From assembly GCA_017522445.1 (NCBI GenBank), contig JAFWZK010000058.1, forward strand, positions 2,281-66,280: a stretch of DNA of 64,000 bases, read 5' to 3'. Within the stretch, counting starts at the first letter, position 1, and each line of letters begins with the position of its first letter. The notes beneath the pieces are model-generated. The model did not search any database and was not told the DNA's origin. It worked only from the letters and a program-made list of their open reading frames with translations. Positions 1 to 9,617 of this stretch are shown piece by piece. A program made the position numbers and the translations under genes. Source of the stretch: Alphaproteobacteria bacterium (GTDB lineage: Bacteria; Pseudomonadota; Alphaproteobacteria; Rs-D84).

Positions 1-2
1 TC

Positions 3-461
3 CATGACGGTGAAACACTGGGCGGATTTGCCATCGCACGGGCTGATGAAAACAGTGCCGCTAACTTCGACATCAATTCTGTGCCAGATGATGTGTGGCA
101 GCAGATTATCCCACAATTTACACCAAAACCATACACCGTAATTGAAACCGCCCCGTTCCCAATCAACAGTAGATGCAGTTACTTGGACTATATCATCGGC
201 GGAACACAAAAACCAATGTTTATCCAGGTGGCATTGATTTGTACCGGGCCACAGGCGGGATATAACACAGGGGACGAAGTTTGGGCATTTGGTATCGGAA
301 ATAAAACAAATCCACAACCAAACTGGGTTATAGACCAAGATGGTTTGCATGTGTGTCTGATGGTCGGAAAACAGAAATACTGGGCCAGCCATCGCGACAC
401 AGGTGAAACAACAGAACTGGATGATGAAAATTGGTCCGTTGTTTTCCGAGTTTACTGTTGA
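3..461 (+). CDS. tail-fibre-like protein, C-terminal part (5' end lies outside the window)
   Basis: The frame is open from the window edge to the stop at 459-461. The first residues HDGETLGGFAIARAD parallel VHDGTTPGGTPMARAD at the end of the N-terminal fibre domain of the 23965-24456 protein. The rest is unrelated to it. Confidence 0.45.
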   Translation, partial: HDGETLGGFAIARADENSAANFDINSVPDDVWQQIIPQFTPKPYTVIETAPFPINSRCSYLDYIIGGTQKPMFIQVALICTGPQAGYNTGDEVWAFGIGNKTNPQPNWVIDQDGLHVCLMVGKQKYWASHRDTGETTELDDENWSVVFRVYC

Positions 462-515
462 AAATAAAAAAATCCTTTGCTATGCTGTGCCCCGAAGAAA
501 CGAAAAGGATTTCAT

Positions 516-1757
516 ATGTATATACTTGCACTGAATTGTGGTTCTTCGTCATTGAAATACCAGGTCTTTGACGCAGACAGTAAATCTGCCATCGTTGGTG
601 GTAATGTCGAAAAAATCGGGCTGCCTGATTCTTTTGTTACACAGAAATACCCAGATGGAACAAAGCAAAAAAAAGAATGCAGTATGCAAAATCATAACGA
701 GGCATTAAATGTCGTTATGTTCATGCTGCGTGAAGCGTCCATCGATATGAACGAAATCAAAGGTGTTGGACATCGTGTCGTTCTGGGGGGTGAAAAGTTT
801 GCATCGTCCGTGGAAATTAACGATGAAGTTATTAAAACAATTGAAGAATTGTCCGCAATCGCACCACTGCATAACCCAGCCGCACTGGTCGGAATTGTCG
901 CGGCACAACAATTACTGCCAAATGCAAAGCAGGTCGCAGTGTTCGATACCGCATTTCATCAGACTATGCCAGATTATGCATATCGCTATGCGGTGCCACG
1001 TGCATGGTATACGGAACTGGGGGTTCGCAGATACGGATTCCACGGAACCAGCCACCTGTATGTGTCCAAAGTGGCCGCAAAAATGCTGGGCAAGCCGGCA
1101 AACGAATGCAACCTGATTACACTGCATATCGGTTCGGGCGCGTCTGCAACCGCAATCAAAAACGGTGTGTCGGTGGATACTTCACTGGGGATGACACCAC
1201 TGGCCGGTCTGACCATGGGCACACGTCCGGGTGATTTAGACCCAGGTATCGTTCTGTATGTAATGCAACGACTGGGCATCAGTGCAGACCAAATGCAAAA
1301 ACACCTGAACAAAGATTCAGGATTGCTGGGGCTGACCGAATGCTATGCCGACCGCCGCGATGTCGAAGGAAACAAAGATACAAATGATGCATGCCGCCTG
1401 GCCATTGAAATGGAAGCGCACAATGTAAAAAAATATATCGGTGCGTTTATGGCAGAACTGGGACATGTGGATGCAATCGTCTTTACAGCCGGTGTGGGCG
1501 AAAACGATGATTACCTGCGTGAAAAGTTCTGCGATGGTTTAGAAGAACTGGGTATCAAACTGGACAAAGAAAAGAACGCAACTGCACTGGCCCGCAAAGG
1601 TGTTGATGCGGCGGAAATCAGCACACCTGACAGTCGCGTCAAAATATTCATGGTGGCAACAAACGAAGAACTGGTTATCGTAGAAGATACACTGGCCATC
1701 ATGAACGGAACATATAATCCGAATCACTTGGAAATGGATTACAGTTTCGCAAAATAA
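516..1757 (+). CDS. ackA: acetate kinase
   Basis: N-terminus MYILALNCGSSSLKYQVFD and full-length acetate/propionate kinase pattern. ATG 516 is preceded by AAAGGA; the ORF-track start at 477 is probably too early. Confidence 0.93.
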   Translation: MYILALNCGSSSLKYQVFDADSKSAIVGGNVEKIGLPDSFVTQKYPDGTKQKKECSMQNHNEALNVVMFMLREASIDMNEIKGVGHRVVLGGEKFASSVEINDEVIKTIEELSAIAPLHNPAALVGIVAAQQLLPNAKQVAVFDTAFHQTMPDYAYRYAVPRAWYTELGVRRYGFHGTSHLYVSKVAAKMLGKPANECNLITLHIGSGASATAIKNGVSVDTSLGMTPLAGLTMGTRPGDLDPGIVLYVMQRLGISADQMQKHLNKDSGLLGLTECYADRRDVEGNKDTNDACRLAIEMEAHNVKKYIGAFMAELGHVDAIVFTAGVGENDDYLREKFCDGLEELGIKLDKEKNATALARKGVDAAEISTPDSRVKIFMVATNEELVIVEDTLAIMNGTYNPNHLEMDYSFAK

Positions 1758-1774
1758 TTACAGTCCCCATTATA

Positions 1775-1798
1775 AATCCCCCGGTCGGGGGATTTTTT
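1775..1798 (+). terminator. intrinsic terminator after ackA
   Basis: Hairpin AATCCCCC-GGTC-GGGGGATT followed by a T-run. Confidence 0.8.
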
Positions 1799-1850
1799 GC
1801 ATAATAACATAGTTAAAAAATATCCCCCAAATGGGGGATGTTTATTTCTT

Positions 1851-2000
1851 TTAGCAACCGCCGGTCATGTTGCCGATGATTTTTGATACAGAAATATCCT
1901 TGTGCAGCAAGAAATCATATTCGCAATTGCCAGATTTGTATGAACCTGTGCAGGCGGCCAATGTCATAACAGCAAATAATGCCAAGATTACTTTTTTCAT
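1851..2000 (-). CDS. small lipoprotein, unknown function
   Basis: MKKVILALFAVMTLAAC lipobox. Start refined to ATG 2000. A hairpin plus T-run lies downstream at 1815-1839 on the minus strand. Confidence 0.55.
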   Translation of the reverse strand: MKKVILALFAVMTLAACTGSYKSGNCEYDFLLHKDISVSKIIGNMTGGC

Positions 2001-2066
2001 GTTTTCTCCTTTTGTCTTAGATAACATGTAATTCATTATATAGGATTATTTTCATCCATGCAACAG

Positions 2067-2417
2067 CTAGATTGCATTTTTTATCCAATAAATACGAAAT
2101 CCGCATACCGCAATTATGTCAAAACGCGAGTCCCCAACCCAACCCGTACGCATCATATAGGTTTCTGCCGCACGACGAAGACGCATCGCCTGAACGCCAG
2201 AAACCGCGGCGGTCGCCGCCGAGATGGTCGGACGATTTTTTACCTCGATAAATACCAGTAAATTACCACGGCGGGCAATTATGTCCAATTCTGCACGGTG
2301 TGTGTGACGACCCGTGATATACCGTGAACTGACTATGCGAAATCCATGAAGGCGCAAATACATGCGGGCATAAAACTCGGATATTAAACCTGTGTTATAT
2401 GTTGTCCTAGAACGCAT
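2067..2417 (-). CDS. yraN: YraN/UPF0102 family endonuclease-like protein
   Basis: ELDIIARRGNLLVFIEVKNR core motif. Start refined to M35 of the tracked ORF, which gives a family-typical length of about 116 aa. Confidence 0.75.
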   Translation of the reverse strand: MRSRTTYNTGLISEFYARMYLRLHGFRIVSSRYITGRHTHRAELDIIARRGNLLVFIEVKNRPTISAATAAVSGVQAMRLRRAAETYMMRTGWVGDSRFDIIAVCGFRIYWIKNAI

Positions 2418-3189
2418 AGGATTTTGCCCGAAAGTTTTCACGTGCAGACTGGCTATTCTTGACCATGTCGGTCGCATTGCGACCATTGTCAACCAAATCC
2501 AACGCACCATAATATGCAATCAACATCGGATCGTAAGAGTTCGTGCTGGATATCCAATGGTCAGTGCCAGAATTCGGACCGCCATATTTATCAAGAACAC
2601 TTTGCCAGAAATATAATATCTTGTTTTCACGCTGCTTGGCAAACTTTTCGGCAGAACCTTCAACCTCGTTAACATCGTTATTGTAAACAACACGCCATAC
2701 ACGATTGTCGGTCGCATTGCTGGTGAAATATACAACAATCGTCTCGCCCGTGTTTTCACGAACCAAGTGTACCTGGGATGCATATAATAATCCACGATTG
2801 CGGGCCAAACTGTTTATGCAACGTTCCAGCGCATCCGGGGCAACCGTACCATTTTGACGACATTCATAATCCAAATTGTTTTTCCAATCGGTATTTATCG
2901 TGTATATGATACCATTTTTATCCCGCGGGGCATACAATCCATTTGAATGAAAAAATAAATCCTGGACATCTTCAAATGACATGCCCAACATTATCCCCGC
3001 AATGTCAAAACCACCAACGTCCGCAATTTCTGCATCGTCGTTCAGATATACGTCTTCGGGTAAAATATCACCATAGTCACCGTCAACAATCGCAAAATCA
3101 TTAAAATCAAACGATTCAGCCGCACTGGATGCAACCGGTGATGTCGCCAAGAATAAAACTGCAAAAATCAAAAATAAATTCTTTCTCAT
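2407..3189 (-). CDS. secreted protein, unknown function
   Basis: Signal peptide MRKNLFLIFAVLFLATSPVASSAAE. 260-aa intact ORF in an operon with the neighbouring genes. Confidence 0.6.
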   Translation of the reverse strand: MRKNLFLIFAVLFLATSPVASSAAESFDFNDFAIVDGDYGDILPEDVYLNDDAEIADVGGFDIAGIMLGMSFEDVQDLFFHSNGLYAPRDKNGIIYTINTDWKNNLDYECRQNGTVAPDALERCINSLARNRGLLYASQVHLVRENTGETIVVYFTSNATDNRVWRVVYNNDVNEVEGSAEKFAKQRENKILYFWQSVLDKYGGPNSGTDHWISSTNSYDPMLIAYYGALDLVDNGRNATDMVKNSQSARENFRAKSYAF

Positions 3190-3210
3190 ATTGATTATAT
3201 TATGAACCTT

Positions 3211-3855
3211 TTATTCCTGTAATACAATGTCAAAAACACCAAACCGAAATACCGCAGCAGGATCACCACCAGATTCTAGGTACCCTGATATGTCAAACGA
3301 ACCCGAACGCATCCCAGGGCGATAAAATATATCCATATACAATACACCACGCTGTGTAATCGGCGAAACAGAAAAATCATTCGGTCGTTCCCAGGTCTTT
3401 AATTCGTACACTATTCGCCAATATTCCCCATTTTCAGTTTTGCTTTGAAATTCGGCATCTATAACCGATGCTGTACGCAATACACCAGAGTTAGACAGAT
3501 TTTCTATGTCTGGTGCAACCGTGTCCAGCCATGTCTGAAATGTTTCAGAGGTAGACATGCGGGCCAGCGATGTGTCCCCTGCAATACGCCGTTTCGTCTC
3601 GTCAGGGTCGGGGGTTACATAAAAGAATTCCGTTATATACTTGGATATCAACATAGAACGCATCGCTTCGTCACCCAATTCCCCAGGTGTTTGCGGTTTG
3701 CCAATACGCCCAGTGTAATTGTCATTTGGCTGGAAAAAATACGGCTCTATCACGATTTTGGCAGACGTGTCGTATATCACACCAGTTGCCAATAATGATG
3801 CAAACATCAGTGCAAATAATATTAAGCCCACAAAGAATAATATCAACTTTCTCAT
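3211..3855 (-). CDS. bitopic membrane protein, unknown function (one N-terminal TM helix plus a periplasmic domain of about 180 aa)
   Basis: MRKLILFFVGLILFALMFASLLA anchor. Organisation recalls VirB8/DotI-type proteins, but this was not verified. Confidence 0.55.
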   Translation of the reverse strand: MRKLILFFVGLILFALMFASLLATGVIYDTSAKIVIEPYFFQPNDNYTGRIGKPQTPGELGDEAMRSMLISKYITEFFYVTPDPDETKRRIAGDTSLARMSTSETFQTWLDTVAPDIENLSNSGVLRTASVIDAEFQSKTENGEYWRIVYELKTWERPNDFSVSPITQRGVLYMDIFYRPGMRSGSFDISGYLESGGDPAAVFRFGVFDIVLQE

Positions 3856-4613
3856 CAGTTCATCTTGTACGCGTTAAAGGTTGAAACATAATATCCCAAT
3901 GTCTGGGGATATGAATCTAAATCCCGCGAAACCGTGGCATAGGCCATAATGTCCAATTGACCAGATGTGCTGGAATATACAGTCGCGTTAACCAGCCATG
4001 AACCACCAGATGCATTTATCTCGCCCAGGGGGGTAAAACTTATCAAGTCAGAATCAACCAGCCATGTCTCGCCCAGGGATACACGCGTCTGATACCCAGG
4101 AACAACGTTTTCAATAAAATTTGAATATACCCCTTCGCCAGACATGCAATAAATTGAACAAGACTGGATTTCTATGCCAGTTTTATTATCAGGATTACAT
4201 TCTGTTTCGCGTTCACACGATTTCCACATCGCTGTGTTTACAGCATCACTGGCCGATATCCAGAACCAATGGGAAACAAATTTGCTTAAAACAGATTCCT
4301 GAAGCGAGCGGTCCGTGGTCATTTCCGGAATACGGCTGTGGTGGTGCCCAACAACAGTCCATGCACCGGTTATTTTATTCACAGATACCAAAAATGGATG
4401 AATATGCACAGAACGATTGGCCCAGAATAAAAAACCACACATCACAATAATCAAAAAAAACAAAACCATTGTGATAATAGAAACCAACCGTGTCGCCGCA
4501 ATCGAACGACCCGCAGGAAATGCCGGTGTTTCAAATCCACCTGGATAGTCCAATGTGAAATCCCCCCCGTGCATATCTGTTATTATGCCTGGTATACCAT
4601 TATACAGGCACAA
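3855..4613 (-). CDS. bitopic membrane protein, unknown function; same architecture as the 3211-3855 product
   Basis: TM segment LVSIITMVLFFLIIVMCGFLFW followed by a periplasmic domain. Start uncertain (TTG 4613 or ATG 4574). Its stop overlaps the start of the next gene. Confidence 0.5.
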   Translation of the reverse strand: MCLYNGIPGIITDMHGGDFTLDYPGGFETPAFPAGRSIAATRLVSIITMVLFFLIIVMCGFLFWANRSVHIHPFLVSVNKITGAWTVVGHHHSRIPEMTTDRSLQESVLSKFVSHWFWISASDAVNTAMWKSCERETECNPDNKTGIEIQSCSIYCMSGEGVYSNFIENVVPGYQTRVSLGETWLVDSDLISFTPLGEINASGGSWLVNATVYSSTSGQLDIMAYATVSRDLDSYPQTLGYYVSTFNAYKMN

Positions 4614-4729
4614 GGACTGAGTTTCAATTCGTTGTTGTCATAGCCAACACCAACCGGTTCACGGTCATATACCTGGCCACAGCCGGCAAGTGCAATCGCA
4701 ACAAACAGACCCAAAATTATTTTCTTCAT
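4583..4729 (-). CDS. small lipoprotein, unknown function
   Basis: MKKIILGLFVAIALAGC lipobox with AAGGAG 7 nt upstream of ATG 4729. 48 aa. Confidence 0.55.
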   Translation of the reverse strand: MKKIILGLFVAIALAGCGQVYDREPVGVGYDNNELKLSPCACIMVYQA

Positions 4730-4790
4730 TTTGCCACTCCTTTCCCTGTGTACTTTCTGATTATAAAAATTTCTGCGTATCTGGTCAAGA

Positions 4791-7070
4791 CTAAAACTGG
4801 GTCTCGAACGATAACAAGAATCGCTGTTCACGGTCGTATTCATTCATCTTTAACGGCCAGCCCCATGAAAAGTTCATCGGCCCCATTGGTGTGTTCCAAT
4901 ATATACCAACACCCGCAGATGTACGCCAGTTGTCATCAATGTCGTTTGGATAGGTGATGGTGCCATAGGTAAATGTGTCTTCGGCGGCAGGCGGCTTGCC
5001 CAATACACCATAGTCCATAAATACAAAGCCCTTAATCTGATATTCGTCGGGAATAAAGATTGGGAAATTTAACTGGGTTGAACCATTTAATTTCCACAAA
5101 CCACCCAGTGCGTACGTCTGATACGCCCAGTTGCGTGACCCAACACCCGCAACGTCAAATCCACGCAGACTTTCCCCGCCCAGGAAATAACGATATACAC
5201 GCGACACATAGTCACCATCCAATGGCTGAATATAGCCAAAGTCCAACGATGAACGCAACTGCCACCGGTCAGACCAGAAGTTTACCATGCCAACAATGTC
5301 CGCCGTATAACGCATATAACTTTCCGTGCCACCAAACCCGGTATACGCAACCCCCAGGTTCGCAACAACGCCCGTGTGCGTATTCTGGGCAAAGTTTGTG
5401 TCCAGATTATAATATCTGAAATTAGTCCCCAGTGTGTACAGGCGGGCCTTGGTCCAATCAGGCGATACCTGGATATCATAGTTCTGGTCAAATGCCAATG
5501 ATAGACGGACGTTCTGGGTCCAATGGTCTGTCAATCGCCACCCCATGCGACCCGCAAGCGTTAAACTGTCGCGGTCATAGCCAAAACTGCCCAAACTGGA
5601 ATAATCATACATGGTATAGGATATGTCAAAACCACCAGATAACTGACGACCAAACAAATATGGCTCGGTAAAACTGAATAATGCCTGTTTCTGATACTCG
5701 GCAATCGAGGCACGCAATTGCACAATCTGACCGCGCCCCATGAAATTGTTTTCGGTAATGCCCGCATCAACCATAAAACCATTGATGTTAGACCAACCAA
5801 ACCCACCAGATAACTCGCCCGTGGGCTGTTCTTCTACACGAATGTCCAGATTCATCATGTTCGAATCCGCAACACGGGTCGGAACCATTTGGACATCCTT
5901 GAAATAGCGTGTACGCATTAAACGCTGACGCCCCTCCTCGATTGTCTGAAGCGAAAATGGATCGCCCGAACGCATTGGTATCAACTGTTCAATAACAGAA
6001 TCAAAAGTGCGTACGTTGCCCAAAATATTTATCGTATTCAGGTATATACGATTGGTCTTTTGAATCTTGAATACCAAATCAATTGTCTTGGTGTCATCGT
6101 TCTTGGTCGGGACAGGTTCAATGTTTATAAAGGCATAACCATGGTCGGCAATTGTACCGCGAATGGCGGACATGGTTTCTTCAACCTGGTCAACGTTATA
6201 TACACGGCCAGACTTCATAACAATCGAGTCAAGCAAAACATCATCGGGAATGTCCGGGAACGGATTGTCAACCGTTAATTTGCCAAATTTATACTGGTCG
6301 CCTTCGTCAACGGTAAATACAACAGAATAATATTCACGGTCCGGGGTAAAGGTGCCAACCGTATCACGCACAGCAAAATCAACATAGCCATTACGTAAAT
6401 AAAACTGACGCAACATTTGGCCATCATACTGGATTCTGTCTTCGTCAAACGTGTCAAACTGGGTCATGAAACGCCACCAGGCATGTTCACGTGATAAAAT
6501 TTCACCACGCAATGTTCTGTCGCTGAACCTGGTGTTGCCTTTGAATTTAATGTCTGTAATCCAGGTCGGATGCCCTTCGGTAATTTCGTAAACAATATTT
6601 ACACGATTGTCCGACAATTCTATCTTTTGCGGTTCAATCTTGGTACCAAAATAACCCTGGCGTTGATAGACCGTCAACATGCGTTGGACATCGGCACCAA
6701 TGGTTGACGCGTCGTACGATGAACGTTCGCGTGTCTTGATTTCCTTTTTCAAATCGTCCGTGGAAATTTCATCGTTGCCTTCGACCGTAACCATGTTGAT
6801 TATCGGTGATTCAGATACATCTATTTTTAGCACACTGCCAGACATGCGGACATTTATACGTGAAAAATAGCCGCTTTCCTGTAATTTCTTGGCAATGGCG
6901 TTCGTTCGTGTTTCGCCAACGTTGTCGCCAATCTGGACATCTGATAATATGCGTATCGATTCAGAATCCATACGACTGTTCCCCGATACGTCAATGCGAG
7001 AAACAGTCGCACCAGCAACCGGTGATATTATAAAATACGATAATAATGTTAATAATGACACTTTCTTCAT
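4791..7070 (-). CDS. bamA: outer membrane protein assembly factor BamA
   Basis: 759 aa with a signal peptide, POTRA-like repeats, a C-terminal Omp85 barrel ending in F, and the position next to rseP. Confidence 0.93.
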   Translation of the reverse strand: MKKVSLLTLLSYFIISPVAGATVSRIDVSGNSRMDSESIRILSDVQIGDNVGETRTNAIAKKLQESGYFSRINVRMSGSVLKIDVSESPIINMVTVEGNDEISTDDLKKEIKTRERSSYDASTIGADVQRMLTVYQRQGYFGTKIEPQKIELSDNRVNIVYEITEGHPTWITDIKFKGNTRFSDRTLRGEILSREHAWWRFMTQFDTFDEDRIQYDGQMLRQFYLRNGYVDFAVRDTVGTFTPDREYYSVVFTVDEGDQYKFGKLTVDNPFPDIPDDVLLDSIVMKSGRVYNVDQVEETMSAIRGTIADHGYAFINIEPVPTKNDDTKTIDLVFKIQKTNRIYLNTINILGNVRTFDSVIEQLIPMRSGDPFSLQTIEEGRQRLMRTRYFKDVQMVPTRVADSNMMNLDIRVEEQPTGELSGGFGWSNINGFMVDAGITENNFMGRGQIVQLRASIAEYQKQALFSFTEPYLFGRQLSGGFDISYTMYDYSSLGSFGYDRDSLTLAGRMGWRLTDHWTQNVRLSLAFDQNYDIQVSPDWTKARLYTLGTNFRYYNLDTNFAQNTHTGVVANLGVAYTGFGGTESYMRYTADIVGMVNFWSDRWQLRSSLDFGYIQPLDGDYVSRVYRYFLGGESLRGFDVAGVGSRNWAYQTYALGGLWKLNGSTQLNFPIFIPDEYQIKGFVFMDYGVLGKPPAAEDTFTYGTITYPNDIDDNWRTSAGVGIYWNTPMGPMNFSWGWPLKMNEYDREQRFLLSFETQF

Positions 7071-7072
7071 AA

Positions 7073-8140
7073 CTATAACCCAAATACACGCGCAATATCA
7101 TTCCACATAGTTAAAATAAATAAACCAAGAATAAATACCCAGCCAATCATTATCGCAACCTCCATCGCACGCCCCTGCAGTTTGCGACGGGTTATACCTT
7201 CGATAATCAATATCAGTAAATACCCACCATCCAGTACAGGCAATGGTAATAAATTCAATACACCCAAATTAACCGACAGTAATGCAATCAATGATAATAA
7301 TGTAAAGAAACCAGCCAACATTGCAGCACCAGAATACTGGGCAATTGTAATGAATGACCCCAACTGCTTAGATGAACGTTCACCCGTTACAATCTGTTTT
7401 AATACAACAACCAAGGTCTTGGACTCGTAATACGTTTTGCGGGCCCCAGAATACAATGCACGGAATAATCCCTGGCGTTCGGGGTCGGCACGACGGGCAC
7501 CGTCTGCAACCATCCCCCAGCGATCAGCCGGTGATAATTTGACGTTTAATAATTCATTGCCACGGACAATCAAAACATCTGCGTCACGGTTCGCCGCCAA
7601 TTCTTTGGCCAATATCAAATCACCCCAGTTCGATATTTTCGAATCATCAATGCGAACAATCGTGTCGCCTGGTTTTATGCCGGCGTTAAATGCAACAGAT
7701 TCCTGGATAACCTGGCCAATAACAGGCAGTTGAGAATTGGCAACCAAACGCGGCTGAAACATAAACAGCGACGTGTAAATCAGCCAGGCCAACAAAAAGT
7801 TCATACAGACACCCGCCGCAATAATTATGAACTGTTTCCAGGCGGGGGCAGATAAATAATGACCAACCTTTTTATCCGCCGGTAAATCCGCAAATTTTTT
7901 ACGATTGAACATGTCTTCCTGGCCATAGATGGAAACATAGCCACCCAGCGGCAGACAGGCAATCTTCCACAGGGTGCCACGTTTGTCGTGCCACTTTACA
8001 ATGGCGGGGCCAAAACCAATCGAAAATGTGTCAACACGAACCCCCGCCCAGCGGGCAGCCAAAAAATGCCCCAATTCATGCACAAAAACAACAATGCCCA
8101 AGACAATTAATAATGCAAATATGGTCAATAAAATATTCAT
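7073..8140 (-). CDS. rseP: RIP zinc metalloprotease RseP
   Basis: HELGHF motif in the first TM helix, a PDZ region and the C-terminal membrane domain. Start refined to MNILLTIF (ATG 8140), which removes the overlap with cdsA. Confidence 0.9.
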   Translation of the reverse strand: MNILLTIFALLIVLGIVVFVHELGHFLAARWAGVRVDTFSIGFGPAIVKWHDKRGTLWKIACLPLGGYVSIYGQEDMFNRKKFADLPADKKVGHYLSAPAWKQFIIIAAGVCMNFLLAWLIYTSLFMFQPRLVANSQLPVIGQVIQESVAFNAGIKPGDTIVRIDDSKISNWGDLILAKELAANRDADVLIVRGNELLNVKLSPADRWGMVADGARRADPERQGLFRALYSGARKTYYESKTLVVVLKQIVTGERSSKQLGSFITIAQYSGAAMLAGFFTLLSLIALLSVNLGVLNLLPLPVLDGGYLLILIIEGITRRKLQGRAMEVAIMIGWVFILGLFILTMWNDIARVFGL

Positions 8141-8169
8141 TTCCTGCCCTTTTCTGTTAATACGCGTGT

Positions 8170-8814
8170 TTATAACATCACCAACCAGACCAATGGCAAT
8201 ACATAAATCCAACCATCAAATCTATCTAAAATGCCACCGTGCCCCGGCAAAATCGTGCCAAAATCTTTGATGCCCAGTTTACGCTTAATCCAACTGGCCG
8301 TTAAATCACCGTACTGGGATAATAACGATACGCTGATACCAATCCACAGCAACTGTGGCATAAATGTGTCTGCCCCCAGCAACCCGTACATCACACCCGC
8401 AAAGGTGCCGCATAAAATGCCTGCTATCTGACCAGACCAGGTCTTGCCCGATGATAGACGTTCCCACATTTTATCCCCGCCAATCATACGCCCAAAAAAC
8501 CAGGCACCGATGTCTGCAGAACATATTATCATCAATAACAACAGCATTATCCATGGACGCATACCAACGTAATTTACAGACGCCAACATTAATAACAACA
8601 TCAACATAAAATACGAAAATGATAACCAATTCTGACGCAACGATGCCGATGGCGTGCGTACCAAACGCAGAACATATTCTGCAATCATTGAAATAACAAT
8701 AACCAGTCCCAAATATTTGACCGCAGAAATACCATGATATTCAGCAAATGCCGCCAATGCCGCAATTGTTGCCATTATAAATCCCACAACTATTCTTTGA
8801 CCCGTGTTTGACAT
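8170..8814 (-). CDS. cdsA: phosphatidate cytidylyltransferase
   Basis: SWIKRKLGIKDFGTILPGHGGILDRFD signature in a polytopic protein. Confidence 0.9.
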   Translation of the reverse strand: MSNTGQRIVVGFIMATIAALAAFAEYHGISAVKYLGLVIVISMIAEYVLRLVRTPSASLRQNWLSFSYFMLMLLLMLASVNYVGMRPWIMLLLLMIICSADIGAWFFGRMIGGDKMWERLSSGKTWSGQIAGILCGTFAGVMYGLLGADTFMPQLLWIGISVSLLSQYGDLTASWIKRKLGIKDFGTILPGHGGILDRFDGWIYVLPLVWLVML

Positions 8815-8831
8815 TGTTTCCCCCGTCCGTG

Positions 8832-9587
8832 TTATTTATTGCCCAGATAATTGGCCTTTTTCCCACCACCAAATCGGCGATTGCGTTTGGCAAATTCATC
8901 CAACACATGCTGCCACAGTTTTTCATTCTTGACCAAATCTGGCCAGTGTTCTGGAACAAACAACAATTCGGCATACGCCAATTTCCACAGCAAGAAATTC
9001 GATATCCGATTTTCATTGCTGGTTCGAACCATCAGGTCAATCGGTAATAAATCGCCTGTGTCCAAATATGTTTCAAATGTCGCCATGTCAACAGGTTCGC
9101 CCGCCGCAATCGCCAGGTTCACAGCATCAACAATTTCCTGCTGGCCACCATAGTTCAGGGCAAATGCAACCGTGCCGCCCGTATTCTCGGCCGTTTTGTC
9201 TTCCAGTTCATCACACAGCTTTGCCAATTTTTCGGGCAAACGTTCACGCGAACCAATCACACGATAACGCAGATTCTTGTCCAGGGCATTTTTCATGTTC
9301 TTGTTCAATTCCGTATAGAACAAGTCCATAAGAAAATCAACCTCTTCGGTGGTGCGCGACCAGTTTTCCGTAGAAAATACAAAAAACGTTATGGTCGAAA
9401 CACCACGCTTGAAAAACCATTCAACCAGATTTTCAAAGTTCGCAATGCCCGCCTGGTGCCCCATTAATGGCGGCAGTCCACGCATTTCCGCCCAACGGCG
9501 ATTGCCATCACAGATAAACGCAATGTGTTGTGGAACCTGGGTCGGTGCAGGTGTGGCAGATTGTTTTCGTTTGAATAATTTGAACAT
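8832..9587 (-). CDS. uppS: undecaprenyl diphosphate synthase
   Basis: HIAFICDGNRRWA and FSTENW motifs. Confidence 0.93.
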   Translation of the reverse strand: MFKLFKRKQSATPAPTQVPQHIAFICDGNRRWAEMRGLPPLMGHQAGIANFENLVEWFFKRGVSTITFFVFSTENWSRTTEEVDFLMDLFYTELNKNMKNALDKNLRYRVIGSRERLPEKLAKLCDELEDKTAENTGGTVAFALNYGGQQEIVDAVNLAIAAGEPVDMATFETYLDTGDLLPIDLMVRTSNENRISNFLLWKLAYAELLFVPEHWPDLVKNEKLWQHVLDEFAKRNRRFGGGKKANYLGNK

Positions 9588-9617
9588 TTTTCCTTTCCTG
9601 ATTTTTATGGTAAAACC

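Noticed and set aside
3211-4729. Type IV secretion system (VirB8/DotI-like pair plus a VirB7-like lipoprotein)
   Set aside because: There are no VirB4/VirB11/VirD4 ATPases, VirB6, VirB9 or VirB10 homologues anywhere in the window. The VirB8 resemblance is only architectural and was not verified.
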